In this document: piece by piece, positions 1 to 13,851 of the stretch | Layout: each line of letters begins with the position of its first letter | Numbering within the stretch: the first letter of the stretch is position 1 | Assembly: GCF_018977255.1 (NCBI RefSeq) | Contig: NW_024704743.1 | Location: 62,622,001 to 62,686,000 of the forward strand | DNA: 64,000 nt | Source of the DNA: Callorhinchus milii | Lineage: Eukaryota | Reading direction: 5' to 3' | Position numbers and translations under genes: made by a program | The notes under the pieces: model-generated | The model's database searches: none | Told to the model about the DNA's origin: nothing | What the model saw: only the letters and a program-made list of their open reading frames with translations

Positions 1-244
1 AATTACTTCAAAAGATGCGAACTGCAGGAATCTAACTACAGTCTCACCCCATTATAACAGTGTATTTGGTGATTTTATGAATCCCAAACACCAGGTTACA
101 ACAAGGCTCCACTGTTTTTAGTACTCAAGTCAGGCACTAATACATGTGTATGTGTTTCAAGAGTCCTGTTTTTCCAGGTTTTCTTCAATAGCACCTGTGT
201 TACTTGTAGATTGTTGATGTTTCTTTCCCCCTCTGTTTGGACAG

Positions 245-414
245 AAGCAAGTTGCTGACTCGTTGGCTAGCAGGGTTGCCATTACAGCTTGCTCAACTTG
301 GTTCGAGAAACCCCCTTCTGTCAGCACAGCTTATTAATGTAATACATGCTGCAGCTGCTCGTGCAAACAAAGAGCTGCTTCAGAGTCTTCAAAGTAATGT
401 CTACAGATTGTATG
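245..414 (+). CDS. TEX10: TEX10 (testis expressed 10; Ipi1-like rixosome/PELP1 complex subunit) internal coding exon
   Basis: Acceptor ...ggacAG|, donor |GTaagt. Encodes [56 protein letters not shown], closely matching vertebrate TEX10 ([23 protein letters not shown]...). Confidence 0.95.
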
Positions 415-889
415 GTAAGTCTGCTTTAAATCTGTATAGTATTGTAGGAGCTTATTATTGTGTGCCAAGAATGAAAAGGTTACAGTTTTTATATGACTTG
501 CAGAAAAGTTTGCGAATCACCTCTACCTTTTATTCATGTAAATGTTGCACGCTTCATCCTTCAGCCTGGAGGTCAGTGGTTTGCATTTCTGCAGTATGAA
601 ATTGACACGTCTAAACTCCAAAACCTTTAAACAACAATCTTGTTTGGTGCTAAAGGCAGCATAATAAGGAATAACTAAATGAGATGTCTGAGAATGACTA
701 AACTTCTGTGCCTAAACGAGGCACAGATGTACTAAGTCCTATTTTATTTTAATTATTTTTATCATATACATATCTCAATATTTTACTTTGGAATTGGCCA
801 GATCAGATGGGGTCATTCTATTCCTATGTTCCTAATAGAGCTCTGGGCGCTACCCTGTGTGAGGGGTGCTACGTAAATGCAAGTTGTTA

Positions 890-1100
890 TAATAGAATCT
901 TAAGGCACAGAAGGAGGCCATTTAGCCCATCGTGCCTGTGCCGGCTCTTTGAAAGAGCTACCAACCTGTCCCACTGCCCCATATCCCTACAAATGTTTCC
1001 TTTTAAGTACCTATCAAATTCCCTTTTGAAAGCTACTATCGAATCTGCTTCCACGCTTTGAGGCAATGCATTCCAGACAGTAACAACTCTGGGCAAAAAA
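890..1100 (-). mobile_element. CR1 LINE 3' end fragment
   Basis: Translates RVVTVWNALPQSVEADSIVAFKREFDRYL, the typical CR1 ORF2 C-terminus, followed by a CR1-type 3' UTR. Confidence 0.85.
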
Positions 1101-1121
1101 ATATTGTTGTTAAACTACTAC

Positions 1122-1478
1122 TAATAATAATCCTTGCATTTGATATAGCGCCTTATCACATCTTCAAGACGTCTCAAAGCACTTCACAGAATATACTGTA
1201 AAGTGAATTGACTGTATTTTGTGGGCGCAAAGCGGGAGCCAATTGCTCACAGCAGTGGATTTTGTGACCAGATTATTATTATTTATTTTTTTGAAGGAAT
1301 TATTACCCCCAAAAAAGCGATCCGCCAATCAACTTAACAACTGGGTTCCTACTTACTGCTAGGTAAACAGAGGCGAGTGGAGTAAGGAAACTTGCCCAAT
1401 GTTTTGCCCTGACGGGAATCAAACCCAGTTCTTTCACTTGTGAGGCGAGTGCTCTAACCACTGAGCTACAGGACTCCA
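1122..1478 (-). mobile_element. tRNA-derived SINE with (TTA)n tail, near full length
   Basis: Minus strand head GGAGTCCTGTAGCTCAGTGGTTAGAGCAC (A box) and B box GGTTTGATTCC; tail ...AAATGCAAGGATTATTATTA shared with many copies in the window. Confidence 0.88.
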
Positions 1479-2174
1479 ATTATTACAGCATTGTTTCTGT
1501 AATAATTAGTTTTTAACTAGTACTAAGTTCCTAGGTTCTAATTCTGTACACCATTCCTGTGCAGCATTTTTTTTATAGTTATTTTCTTTGCTCGTCTTAC
1601 TGTTTTTTTTTAAAAAATATAGTTTTTAAGTTTCCCATTTAGTCTTGTTGAAAGTTGAAAGAAACATTTGCTCAAGGCTTGGCTCAATATACTTAGTGGG
1701 TTTCTGTGAAGTCGGGAAAATTACAGGGTAATACATTTTTTTTCTGTCAGTTGTATAAATACTAACATGTTTATCTAGGCTGTGAAAAATATTCAATGCT
1801 ACCACATGGAAATGGTGCTCTTTAAACTTTAGCAGACTTTGTCAACATTTTTACCAAACCTCAAAATTCTGTTTAGACTATAAAGTATTTATCCTTACCG
1901 CAGAGCTTTTGAAATGGATTTGGTGCATTGGTGCTTCATTGATACATTGTTTAGGCAGAATTAGCCACTACTTTCGTATTGATTTGATCTGACCACTTCA
2001 CATTTACTCATCATACATTAACAACAACAGCTTGCATTTGTGTAGCGCCCTTCACTCGTGACAGTGTCTCGGAGCTCTGAACAGTGGCGGAACTTGATAC
2101 TGAGCTGGGAAGAGGGGGGAGGAGGCAAGACGGAAGGATTGAGGAAGAGAATTCCATAGTTTCGGGGAATAGTC

Positions 2175-3020
2175 TAGTATCCCATATGCCCTTTTTACAG
2201 CCTTATCTACCTGTCCTGCCACCTTCAAGGATTCATTTACCTGCACCCCTAGGTCTCTCTGTTCTTTTACCCCCCTTAAGATTGTATTACCTAACCTACA
2301 TTGCCTCCCCTTATTCTTTCTACCAAAATGCATTACTTCGCATTTCTTCACATTGAAACTCATCCGCCATGTGTCTGCCCATTTTACCATTCTGTCTATG
2401 TCTTCCTGCAGTTGGCTCCTATCCTTCTCACTGCTTACCACCCTACCTAACTTTGTGTTGTCTGCAAACTTGGAAATGGTACTTGCTATACCCAAGTCCA
2501 GATCATTTATGTGTATTAAGAAAAGCAGTGGTCCTAATACAGATCCCTGGGGGACGTCACTGTAAACTTCCCTCCAGTCAGAAAAGCAGCCGTTCACCAC
2601 AACTCTCTGCTTTCTCTCTCCCAGCCCGTTCTGGATCCATGCTGCCACTGTCCCTTTTATACCATGGGCTTCTATCTTTCTTACAAGTCTTTCATGTGGC
2701 ACTTTGTCAAATGCCTTTTGAAAGTCCATATAAACTACATCAACTGCACTACCTTTATCCACCCTCTCATTACCTCATCGAAAAATTCTAATAGATTTGT
2801 TTGACAAGATTTGCCTTTACCAAATCCATGTTGGCTGTCCCTAATTAACCCATATTCTTCTAAGTGAAGATTTATTCTGTCCCGGATTATAGTCTCCAGG
2901 AGTTTCCCCACTACTGATGTTAGGCTGACTGAGCTGTAATTCCCAGGCTTGTCCTTCTGACACTTTTTGTACAGGGGAGTCATATTGGCCACTCTCCAGT
3001 CCTCTGGCACCACTCCTGAA
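2175..3020 (-). mobile_element. CR1 LINE reverse transcriptase fragment nested inside an L2 fragment (L2 parts at ~2020-2175 and ~3020-3240)
   Basis: ORFs give PEDWRVAN..PGNY..VSLTSVVGKLLE, QHGF.KGKSC.TNLLEFF, VDVVYMDFQKAFDKVPH, VPQGSVLGPLLF, SKFADNTKL, with a frameshift. Flanks resemble the L2 3' region. Confidence 0.93.
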
Positions 3021-3864
3021 TAAGCAGTATACGGGTATAAGCAGGTCAGAGACGTACAGGAGTGCCAGGGTATAAAGTGATTTGTAAACGAGTGTGAGGA
3101 TTTGGAAATCAATCTGTTCTGTGATAGGGAGACAGCGGAACCTGACATGAACTGGGGTGATGGAATTTGGTGCTGGTGAGGATATAGGCAGTGGAGTTTT
3201 GAATTAGTTGGATTTTGTGAATGGTGGAGCTGGGGAGAACATCACATTTATCCAAAACCTTTTTGAGTCTGTGTGAAAATTCAGCAATTTCCTAAATTAC
3301 AGTAAATGAAATTTGTTATTGAAATATTTTATCATAATCAACTTAAGAACAAAAGATAGCTGAGCAAATTGTTGTGTCCTATAGCTCAATGGGTTGAGTG
3401 TCTTGCCTCCCAAATAGGTCTTGAGCGAGACTACCAGGGCCAATACAGCAGAGAGAAAAAAATGAATAGAGTGAGCGAGGTTCTAGGCTTTTTCCTTTCC
3501 ATCAGAAAATGCCATAAACATTCATTTTCTAAGGGAAATGGCCAGAACTTAATTTGCTCTATTGTAACAATGTCTCCTATGGGTGATTGAGAAGTGGAAT
3601 TGAGAGTGGTGTATTACTATTCTGCACCATTGCACCCTCTTTAATGAAGAGAGTTGAGAGTTAAACCAGTACTATATTCCTAGTTTATTTTTAAAACATC
3701 ATTGTTTGCCCGCATTCCTCTCTCAAAGGCAATGGATTGTTGGTTTGTTCTGGGGTTTGATTACACAGTCACAGCCTTGACCAAATTGCCATTTTTGTGA
3801 GAATGGTGAGTGGTTTTAATGTTTGCAGTTGCAATTGTACGTTAATACTGTAATTTTTGTTTAG

Positions 3865-4042
3865 ATCCACAAGATGGCACTCTGGTTCTTCTTCCATCTG
3901 ACATGCAACATTGCTTGGTGCAGCTGGTGTACTTTCTACCCTGTATTTCACCAGAATTATTGTCCTGTTTAAGTCGGTGCTGCACCATGGGAAGGCTGTC
4001 CTCCAAACTAGCCACATGTCTTATCCGGATATTACACACAAG
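3865..4042 (+). CDS. TEX10: TEX10 internal coding exon
   Basis: tttttgtttAG|AT CCA CAA GAT... encodes [59 protein letters not shown](R). Donor GTagga. Phase continues from the previous exon. Confidence 0.95.
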
Positions 4043-5420
4043 GTAGGAATGCAATTTCAAATGTGGAGATGGGAAATGTGCTATCCTTTTGCTGTGTCGA
4101 GTAAAATATTGCTGAATTAACTTCAAAATAATTTTATTGTCTTGAGCCCATTCCGTTGGTGCAACTTTGAATGTTGTAGAAATCTTTTATTCAAATGAGA
4201 TTCTGTGCAATAATGTACGTTGCATGCTAATTATCCATCCCAGTCATATATGGAGGAAATTGAATTGATTTTAGGTGTTTCTTTGGGGTTGGTTTGTTCA
4301 TTGTCCTAGTTCGCTATGGTTGCTTAAAATTGGTTTGAATTATAATCGAACAGAAACTAAATTTGGGCAGAAAATGAAGTTGGATAGTTAGGGTTAACAT
4401 CTGACAAAGTACTTGCAATTTTATTTAAAGGATCCAGATAGAAAATGTGTCCACTTGTTAACCAAATCACTTATTTTCAGCTGGATAGATGTGTAGCCTA
4501 CTTGTTGTATCTTGCTCCCAGCATGTGGACAGAATTTCGAGGCTTGTCGTCTTCAGTGTAGGTTGGTGCTACCCATAACTGAAAGGAGCTGCCCTGCTTT
4601 GAATCTTATACAAGTTTATATAAGCACCTTTCACGTTGGGAGGACGTCCCAAGTCACTGGACAGCCTAAGATTTGTGCCTGAGCTTGGGTTGGGCGTAAG
4701 TGGGTGAAAGATTGCCCACAGCATAGTCAAAGATGAAGCTCTTGAAAGAAGGTTAGGGAAGGGGTGAGTTGAAGGGACTCCAGCATGGAGTTCCAGAGAG
4801 TGAGAGCAGATATGCTGAAAGCTCGACTGCAAGATGGTGCAAAGGGGATTATGTTTGATGCTCTGAACTTCCAAACCTTTTTTTTGCATAAGTGAGGTGT
4901 ATAAATATAGTTGTAATTGTGCATAAATATAGTCTAAGTCTACATGTGTATGAATACATATTAGGAAAGCACGCTTTCATCTTACAGACTGCCACTGGCA
5001 CAATCCTGACATTAAAGGAATATTACTTACGAAAGTGATTTAGTTCATTGTACATCTGTCGACAATAACTAAGCCTGACTTTATTTAGGTAATGTCACTT
5101 CATTCTATTGATTTTTTTAATCGTGTTGAGGTAAATCTGGTAGCTGCCTCCATCACATGCAACTTTTCAGTGACGCCTTTTCGCCTAAAATCTTCAAGCA
5201 ACAATGTGGTGAGCAAAGCTGAGGTGATTATCCAAAGGGAGGGAAGGAAAGGTAGAGGGAATTCAAATAATTTCCACTGAATCATTTTAGAATTTTCTAC
5301 CTTGCCAGAAACTGAATGATGGGTAACGTTGGAGAGGAAGAATTTAAAGCATTGCGTAGAAGGAAGGGGATCAAAATACCGAATGTTAGTTTCTGTACTT
5401 TATAGAACATTATAGCACAG

Positions 5421-6163
5421 AACAACAACAACAAGATTCCATTTATAGAGCACCTTTCACGTCAGGAGGACGTCCCAAGGCGCTGGACAGTTGGGTCAGG
5501 ACCCGAGCAGGGGGGACATGGTCAGGGTGAGGGGAGGGAAGGGAGGGAGCGAGGAGGGGGTAGAGAGTCGAGAGGGGAGCCGAAGGCACAGTCAAAGAGA
5601 AAGGTCTTGAGACCGGCCTTGAAGGAGGAAAGGGAGGAGGCAAAGGCACTGGGGGATGGAGTTCCAGAGCCTCGGGGCTGAGAGGCTGAAGGCCCGGCCA
5701 CCAATGGTAGGGCGGTTGGGGCGGGGGATGTGGAGCAGACCGGAGCCGGAGGAACAGAGGGTACGGGCAGGTAGGGGGATAGTAGGTCAGAGAGATAGGA
5801 GGGAGCGAGGCCGTGAATGGCCTTGTAGGTGAGGATGAGGATCTTGAATTGGATCCTCTGGGGGATGGGGAGCCAGTGGAGGCGAGCGAGGGTGGGAGTG
5901 ATGTGGTCCCGAAGCCTGGTGCGGGACAGTACACGAGCTGCAGAGCTCTGAATGACCTGCAGCTTGTGGAGGGAGGTGGCGGGAAGGCCGGCGAGTAGAG
6001 AGTTCCCATAGTCCAGCCTTGAGGTGATAAAGGCGTGGACCAGGGTTTCAGCAGCGTGAGGGGTGAGGTAATGGCGTAGTCTGGCGATATTCCGGAGGTG
6101 ATGGAAGGCAGTGCCAGTTGTGGCGCGGATGTGAGGGAGAAAGGACAGCTCAGAATCGAACAG
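5421..6163 (-). mobile_element. L2-clade LINE 3' fragment (ORF2 C-terminus plus tail)
   Basis: FDSELSFLPHI..AFHHLRNIARLR..LVHAFITSRLDYGNSLLAGLP..LHWLPIPQRIQFKIL; ends ...CTATAAATGG...(TTG)n. Confidence 0.93.
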
Positions 6164-6164
6164 A

Positions 6165-6460
6165 AATAGGCCATTCAATACTAGTCTGGTGTATATACTC
6201 CATTCTTCTTAATCCTCTCTCCTATATCGCTCTGTTCCCTTGTTCCTCGTGTTATGCATCTAGTTTCCTCTTAAATAAGTTGATGCCTTTTTGCTTTGAG
6301 TACAGCTTCCAGCAGAGAGTTCACATTCTCACTACTCTCTGTGTAAAGAAGTTCCTCCTAAACATCCTATTGGATTTGCTTCTCCCTCCCATATGTATGC
6401 TCCAACAAGTGGAAACATCCCATTAATGTCCATCTTATCAAATTTCACCTTACTGAATCG
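6165..6460 (-). mobile_element. Decayed CR1 LINE 3' fragment
   Basis: Resembles the CR1 3' end at 890-1100 (gaacttctttacacagagagtagtgagaatgtg on the minus strand). Confidence 0.7.
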
Positions 6461-9400
6461 TGTCCTCCATATCAAATTAAATAATGTTTGAATAAGTAAC
6501 AAAAGTCCTTTGTGTGTTATAGTCTCAAAAACTAATGTTTTGTCAGTGTACAATATCATCTTAAAAGACTGACGAGTAATCTTTGGAGACAAATGGTGTA
6601 GGACAGATTGAAAACTGAGTCATTTACTTATTGTCAGGGCTGACTTTTACGCATTCATTAATAAACACTGGTGGTCTTTAAGCTAGATTTCACTTTATAA
6701 AGCTTAATGTGCTTGAATAGTAAGCTCTTGTCTGTTTCACATACTTTGTAGCTGCTGGTACAACTTGCAGCCTGAAATTTGAAGCCAGTACGATAGGCGA
6801 TCAGGTTACAGCTTCTAAAAATACTTGAAGTGTTGAAGAGGGGATCCCTTGAAATGACAGCTGAGCATAATTTTAGAGACATTGACGTCAGCAGAGATAC
6901 AAGAACCGATCTGAAATTAGAAATTCCATGACCGAGTGCACTGCATATAAAACGTCTTTGTCTGATAGCAGATAAATCTTTCAGTGGGCATGGATTACCT
7001 GGAAAACCTGTACTTCAATTTCAGTACAATGACTGACTCTTAGCCAGCCAGGTGGTTTGCTATTTTGTTTTTAATCTTGCGATTAGCATGACAGTTTGAC
7101 AGTGCTAACAGTGAACAGGTTTTGTTGATTGTTTTTGTTTTTCTACTGAGCATGTTAAGAGTACCTAGAAAAAAAGACATTGTTTTCTAAATCGTAACCA
7201 TTTTTTCATCAAGGAAACCAATCCAAATGATTTAAGTTTGAAGAGAAGTATTTCTTCTGTCCTAAAGCTGCTCACTAACACCATAAGTGCTGGTGGTACT
7301 CAATGCCTTGCAAGAGTGTGTGCACTTGCATCTCGCCACTCATTCTCTGCTTTTGAAATTCCATCTGAAGAACTATCTCTTTGACTGATCTTCAGCCACC
7401 TCCTCTCGTCTTTCCCAGTTTGGGCTCCCGATCTGTCTTTGTAAAGCACTTTAAGATGTCCTTCCTATGTCAAAGGTGTTGCATAAGTGAAAATTGTTGT
7501 TCTAAAGGGTATTAAAATGTTTTATAGACTGTTTTGATATCTGCCTCTTTGGTAGTCCAAGTCCTCCCTCTTTTTTACCAGGACTCTACATTCATCTGTT
7601 CTGAATGTAACCCAAGTACCTCGTAATCATGTTGATTATGGCATGGTTATTTAGCTTTTATTACTTCTATTTTCTAAAGGTCTCTGAATTCTCAGTTGAG
7701 AAATATCTGTAGAAGAGCTTCCTTTATTAAAAAAAATTGGTTGTTTAATTATTTTAAATGAACTATTTTCTAATTTTCTCCCCATTAGCAAATGTCTGCT
7801 CCTAAACCCCACAGATATGGTTCCACAGGTGCTGGGTACCCTGATACCCTGTCTAAGTGACCATTGTTCATGTGTAAGCCTTGACAGTGAGTATTGGCGG
7901 ACCACTCGACTCGAGAGAGCATCACAACTGAGCCTGACCTCTCCTCAACTGGCTGTCACACATGCAGGTTAAATGTAATAATCCCAGCATTTGATATCGC
8001 ACCTTTCACGTTGAGAGGCTGTTTTCCAACAGCACTACAGGATTCACTGCAAAGTGCTGTGTCTGTGTATTTGGTTGGCGAGTGCCAATAGAGGGTGCTC
8101 TATGGAGACCAGGAATAGCAAAACAATCTAGTTTTCCCCTTCTTAACTTTGGGAAGGCTGGGCCAATTTATCCTCCCCGTGCAACCAGGCTGAGTAAATA
8201 AACTTGAGAAGAACTTTTCTGAAAGCATCAAACCTTTAAAAATATCCAAAAATCTTTATAATGAAGTTGCTATTTCTTTGCCAGTGTGAAAGCCTCTTGT
8301 TTGGCCTCTTGACTGTACAAGTTTCTTCTATTCCATTCCCAATCTATCTATAGTAGTGCAAGGTATAGGATGAAAAATGTACCATTTACAGTAAACACCC
8401 GGAGTTCCTATAGATGGCAGTATTCTCTTTTTAAATCACATTGATCTAATTTGATCAGAAGTGTTTTTCATACACTTATGAGCATTATGGCTATTTTCTT
8501 GTCTGGCAGTTTTGTGGTATGTTTGTAGTGTTTGGTAAATTTGTGTACTGATACATGCTGGATTTAGTGTATTTCTGTTTCTTCCATGTAACCAGACTTT
8601 GATTTACAATAGTAAGACATTCAGGGTTCTGCTAATTTGACAGCTATTTTAACCGTTATAATCTTGTGGTTTTGTTTTAGCAATGCAACTGTAAGTAGTC
8701 TGTAAGGTTGAAACAACTTTGAACTCCTTGAAGTGCTTTAGCTTAACCTCCTTTTTATTTTTTTTTAAAAAATGCCTGGAAGACTAATGAACCTTATTTA
8801 GTTTTGCTGTCCTCCTCACTTTGGTGTGATCAGTGAAACATCACATTTGTGTGACAGTTTGTTAATGAAGTGCCTGAGGGATTAGAATCCATTAGAATTT
8901 GACTTGGCCTTTTTAAGGAGTGACACGCTGGGATTGTTTTATCTTATTTGTATCCTAATATTTAATGGTTTGATTCTTTTAAAAAAAAAGTTTATATAAT
9001 CTTTCATGAATGTGAACATTGTTCATGTGAATAAAATTATAAAGCGGATTCATATATTTAAGTAATGTTTCTCATTTGGGCGCCCTGATGCCTTGGTTTC
9101 CAAATTGTTGCATCTTAAAAAGCCTAGAATGACGTCTTTCATTCATCCTTATGAATAGAGTAGGCATAGATTTTATTGGTTTGTTAACGCTTAAGCTAAT
9201 TATAAATGACGGATTCGGCAGATTGTCTTCTAAACAGCCTATGTAGCTGTTTAGAAATGCAGTTGGATGCAAAGACATTTCTTATTAGATTGTCCTCGTT
9301 AACTTAAAAAACACAGAATTTTTAAAAAGATAAAATCTTTCCTCAGTACACTTGATTTTTTTTTGTGTACTGCTTCCAAACTTTAATTTTCTTCTTCTCC

Positions 9401-11139
9401 TGAGTATGGTTGCATAAGGACCTGCTGTTTCTCAGTACCTCACCTGAGTGGCGTTATATACTGTTTTTACTGAATTCTGTTTTTAGTAGAAAGTTGAACC
9501 TAAGGGTATCTTGATATGCATATACATAAACCCTTCCAGCAAAATCTATCTTCACCTGACATGCACACACATCAGAGCCCACTGGATGACGTTCAGAAAT
9601 GGGAATGTGGAATTTCTCCTCTACCTCACTTAGTGTTAACTGTGGTTAAGGGCTTTTAATACTATATCAACAGACGTCAATTCATTCAGATTGAACCTAA
9701 GAAGCTTCTAGTCTGCAAGACTCAGTTTTAGACTAGGTAGTGACCTTACCAATGTTGAGCTATTGAGAGAGCTGTTCCCAAATTTTGTGGAACCTAATGC
9801 AATACAACAACAACTTGCACTTATATAGCATCCTCCATGCAGGGTAGAGTCTCAGAGTAACAGAGCTTGACTTCGAGCCAGGGAGTGTGCTTAAGCATGG
9901 TTGAAGAGGAAGGTTTTCAGATGGGACTTGAAAAAGGGGAAAGAGGGGGCAAGGCAGAGGGATTGAGGGAGAGTATGTGGAATATTATTTTCTTAAAATG
10001 CATTTTTCAACTCCTTGTTTACACTAGACATTAATGAATATTAGCCTTGTGAATGTTGGTCTCTGACAGAAGATGGTGGGTCAAGCCCTTCATTGGCTGA
10101 TATTCCAGTGTGTGCTGGGGGAGTCCTGTATTGTCAGAGTTGTCATTCTTAGGATGCCATGGGATCCTTAATGTCCACCTGAACAGGCAGACAAGACCTC
10201 AACAGAATGGGAAGGGAGTTTTTCCCAGTGTTTGGCCACCAATCCCCCAGATAAGATTGGTCATTCAATTCATGGCTGCTTGTGGGACATTGCTGTGCAC
10301 AAATTGGCTGCTGCACTTGCCTATAAAATACAGTCACTACACATTCCAGTATATCCTTGAGACATCAATTTAATAATCCATGCATTTGATATAGAGCCTT
10401 ATGTCATCAAAGTCTCAAATGCATTTCACGTTATATATTGTAAAGTGTAGTGACTGTTTTGTGGGCAAATGCCCCAGCCAATTTATGTGTAGCTATAGTG
10501 AGCGCAAGTTGTTGTTGATTTGTACTTTCTCCTTGGCTTTACTTGAGCTGTTCCTGATTTACCGATTCAGGTGTCACAAATTTCAAAAGACTTCATTTCT
10601 AGCATTGTCATCATAATGATGAGATTCAAATATGTTTTATTTAAAAATAAAAAGATTGTCAATAGTTGTTGATCAGTGCTATTCGCTAATAGTCAACAAA
10701 CAAATAGAAGCCGTTTTTGTTTTTCTTTGTTTATCTGTTCTTTTGTGTTTGTTTGGGTCATAATTGTGTTTTTATTCAGAATGTTTGACATTCCCCATCT
10801 TATCTATTCCTCTTGTGCATGTGTGAAGGGCAAGGATTTGATATTGGTGGGGGAAAAGAAAATATCAATTTTATAAACAAAATGCAAACAGTGGGGCTGA
10901 AAGCAAATTGAAGTCATGTTCCTCATCCAGCATTAAAAATGCAAAATCAATTTTTAAAAACCCTTCTAAAGGTTTTGCTAAATTTAGGATAAGGCAGTAG
11001 GTCAAAAGTGGAGTTAACTGAGCGTAACAAAAAAGTTGATTTGTTTTACAGTCATTTGCGTTGATTTCAATTTGTAGAGCGTTAGTTAATGTCCTGCCTT
11101 TACCCCATTTCCTACATATCAGAAGAAGATATTGTGTGT

Positions 11140-11452
11140 CAGGCCGGCTCAGTTGGTGACACTGTTGCCCCTTGAATCAGAAGGTTGAGGGTTAAAGCCC
11201 CACATTGGGACTTGAACTCGTGTGGTCCAGCTTGACCGTGCAGTGCAGTGCAGTGCTGGGGGTGTGCTGCATTGTAGGAGGCGCTGTCTTTCGTTAGGTT
11301 GCTGTGTATGCCCAAACTAGGAAGTGATGTTGGTGGTGACCTATTAAACTAGAGATGTTAATCTGAGGTCCCACCTGCCTGTTCAAGTGGACATTACAAA
11401 ATCCCATGGTACTATTTGAAAAGAAGGGAGTTTCTCCTGGTGTCCTGAACAT
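11140..11452 (+). mobile_element. Deu-domain tRNA-SINE (DeuSINE-like); related copies at ~10060-10370 (+), 16910-17290 (-), 20390-20480 (+), 47690-47990 (-), 55390-55760 (+), 56310-56655 (-), 63130-63245 (-)
   Basis: tRNA-like head followed by the shared body ctgcctgttca(a/g)gtggacattaaagatcccatggcactatttgaaaagaagggagtttctcctggtgtcctg, which I recognise as Deu-domain-like. Confidence 0.75.
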
Positions 11453-11972
11453 CTGGTTGCCAACCTCCCCCTTGTTGTTGACCTAATACGTCTCACTTCG
11501 GGAGGCCATCTCAAATTGCTAATCTGCTATGCTAGAATCTTTACATAAGTGTTCCACTTAACTTACGTTGTAAATTGAAAAATTGTTTTAAATATTTATG
11601 TGGTATAAAAGCCCAAGTTTGCAAGTTAGCAAATGTCTGCAGCATGGAAGACATTCTGTAGATTTTGTATATAACGTGATGATGAACTTGTGTAAATTGT
11701 AGTGTTTAAATTTGTTTTTATGATGCATCAGCTTGTTTTCTGCTTCTGGTCAAATTAGCTTGCTTTATTAACCAGTGATACATTTTGAAACCAGTCTTGA
11801 GCATATCTGGAGGACTGTTCTTGTTTCTTTATCTCTCATTTAGTGCTCTGTTCTGATGATCTCATTGTTGATCCTATAATTTTATAGGTTCCTTTCACAG
11901 ATTAAAACGTTTTGCAAATGAATGAATGTTGCTGGACACTTAACATTACTCCTTATTCCTTTTTAATTATAG

Positions 11973-12061
11973 GTCGTCTTTCGGTGGATGGACGACTTCA
12001 CTTCAAGACAGTGTTGTGAAGGATGTGGATTACTTCAGCTTTCTGTTTTCTACACTTACTG
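11973..12061 (+). CDS. TEX10: TEX10 internal coding exon
   Basis: aattatAG|G TCG TCT TTC... encodes [29 protein letters not shown](G). Donor GTacct. The [14 protein letters not shown] motif matches TEX10. Confidence 0.94.
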
Positions 12062-12574
12062 GTACCTATTGATGATATAATAATAATAATAATAATCCTT
12101 GCATTTGATTTTGCGCTTTTCACATCTTCTAGACGTCTCGAAGCGCTTCACAAAATATGCTGTAAAGTGAATTGACTATATATTTGTGGGCGAAATGCGG
12201 CAGCCAATTGCGCACAGCAGTGTCCCACAAACAGTCGTGGATTGAAATGGCCAATTTATTAATTTTTTTGAGGGATTATTATTTAATTTACAGTGAAATA
12301 TTAGGAATATTAGATTGAGTTGTCAATTCTAGAGATTGTCAACTCTTCTCAAGTTATGATGTAGATTTTTTTGCTTTTGGTACAGCCACCTCCTAATTCT
12401 ATTCACTTATGAATACTTCATGAGCCCCTTGTCACACAAGTGAGATACATTTTCAAAGCTCTTTTTAAATGATTAATGTCATCACAATCTTTGTAAAACT
12501 GTAATAGTAGGGGCTCCCCTTGTAGTGGGATTTCTATTAGTATGATAGTAGAATACTTTTAAAAAGTTTTATTT

Positions 12575-13070
12575 TTTTTGGTCAGCTGTGGGTCTGACAA
12601 GTATACAAATCCATCACCATGCTTAATAGTATCCAAAACAAACTCAAAAGCTTCCCATGGAAATTTCCGTGTAATGGAATGCACACTGTCTCCCTGGAGG
12701 GATGCATCCTGCTTACCTAATTCCTAATTAGGCAAAGGTTGGCAAGAGCCAAGGTTTGGGACTCCAGTGTGTGTGATGGGGTACTGTGGGAGTTTAACCA
12801 ATTAAATCTGCATAGCTTACCGTTGAGAGTACTGTCTGGCAAGCTCACTGCTCTCACTGCTTGTTCAGCTAGGACCCCCTCCTATCCATTAGGGCTTTGG
12901 CTTGCAGGGTTAACAGGAGCTGAGTGGGATGATATCCTGGCCCCAGTGACTGGTTTGCCTCTCCCAAGTTCTGTTGATGAGCCAGGCTGACTGATCTGTC
13001 ATCAGCAGTGGCCTGGGGTTGTGGACCTGCCTGGCTCAGGAACCTGTCTATCAAGACGGCTACGGAATAT
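12575..13070 (-). repeat. Unclassified interspersed repeat (~0.7-0.8 kb consensus) with A-rich end; also at ~34000-34460, 35090-35370, 44755-45830 (split), 50770-51170, 55790-56300, 20290-20390
   Basis: Shared blocks ggttggcaagagccaaggtttgggg, ctgcatagcttgccattga, ggctttggcttgcagggttaacaggagctgagtggg occur in at least 6 copies in both orientations. Confidence 0.85.
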
Positions 13071-13717
13071 TTTATACTCAAACGTGAGTTAAAACTGTAT
13101 TGTAATAATGGGACAGCACTTTGGAATACAAACATAAAGCTCCAGGGTAGAGGGAGTGCAGGTTTGATTCTTCATGCTGCTAATTACTTCTCGGTCATCC
13201 TGTTTGCTGGTGGTGCCAAGATCCCTTTGTAATGGGATCAGGCAAAATTAAGTGGAGCGTCTTTCCCCAACGGTTACTGGGCCCCTCCAAATGACTGACT
13301 CAAATTGTCATTGGCCGAGGTCTGGGAGTAGGTTCCCTCTACTCTGTGGGCTATACATGGTGCATTGGGCGGAATGAGAGGAGAGAAACCAAAGGAGCTC
13401 AACCCCTACTCCTTTTCCTCCCTCTACCATAATACATTATAATAGACCAAATTTCTCTTTTGTTTCAAGCATACTTCCACTTGGTTTGTTAACATAAAAG
13501 ATTCAATACAGAGTCGCTGTACATGCAGCCATAGTAAATGCCCTACTAAATGTCAGAAATTGTTTTGGCTAACCATTCTCTGTATGTTAGTGCAAAGCCC
13601 TCGAGTAAAGAATCATTTATGAATGGGAAAAATAAGATTTATGACTATATAGCAGGTCTGTTTATATGAGGTTGTTAATGGTCAGTGTTGTGCTCTTGTT
13701 GCTCACCTGTATTCTAG

Positions 13718-13851
13718 GATTCTCAGGAGACGAGTTGGCCTGGCTCCAAAACAGCAACAGTAATCCTCATGTAAGACAGACCCAGTTTTCACCCGTCCGC
13801 CTTTATGTGACTGACCTGGACCAGTTTGTACATCACTGGACTTTGACTGAG
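13718..13851 (+). CDS. TEX10: TEX10 internal coding exon
   Basis: attctAG|GA TTC TCA... encodes [44 protein letters not shown]. Donor GTaaca. Confidence 0.95.
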
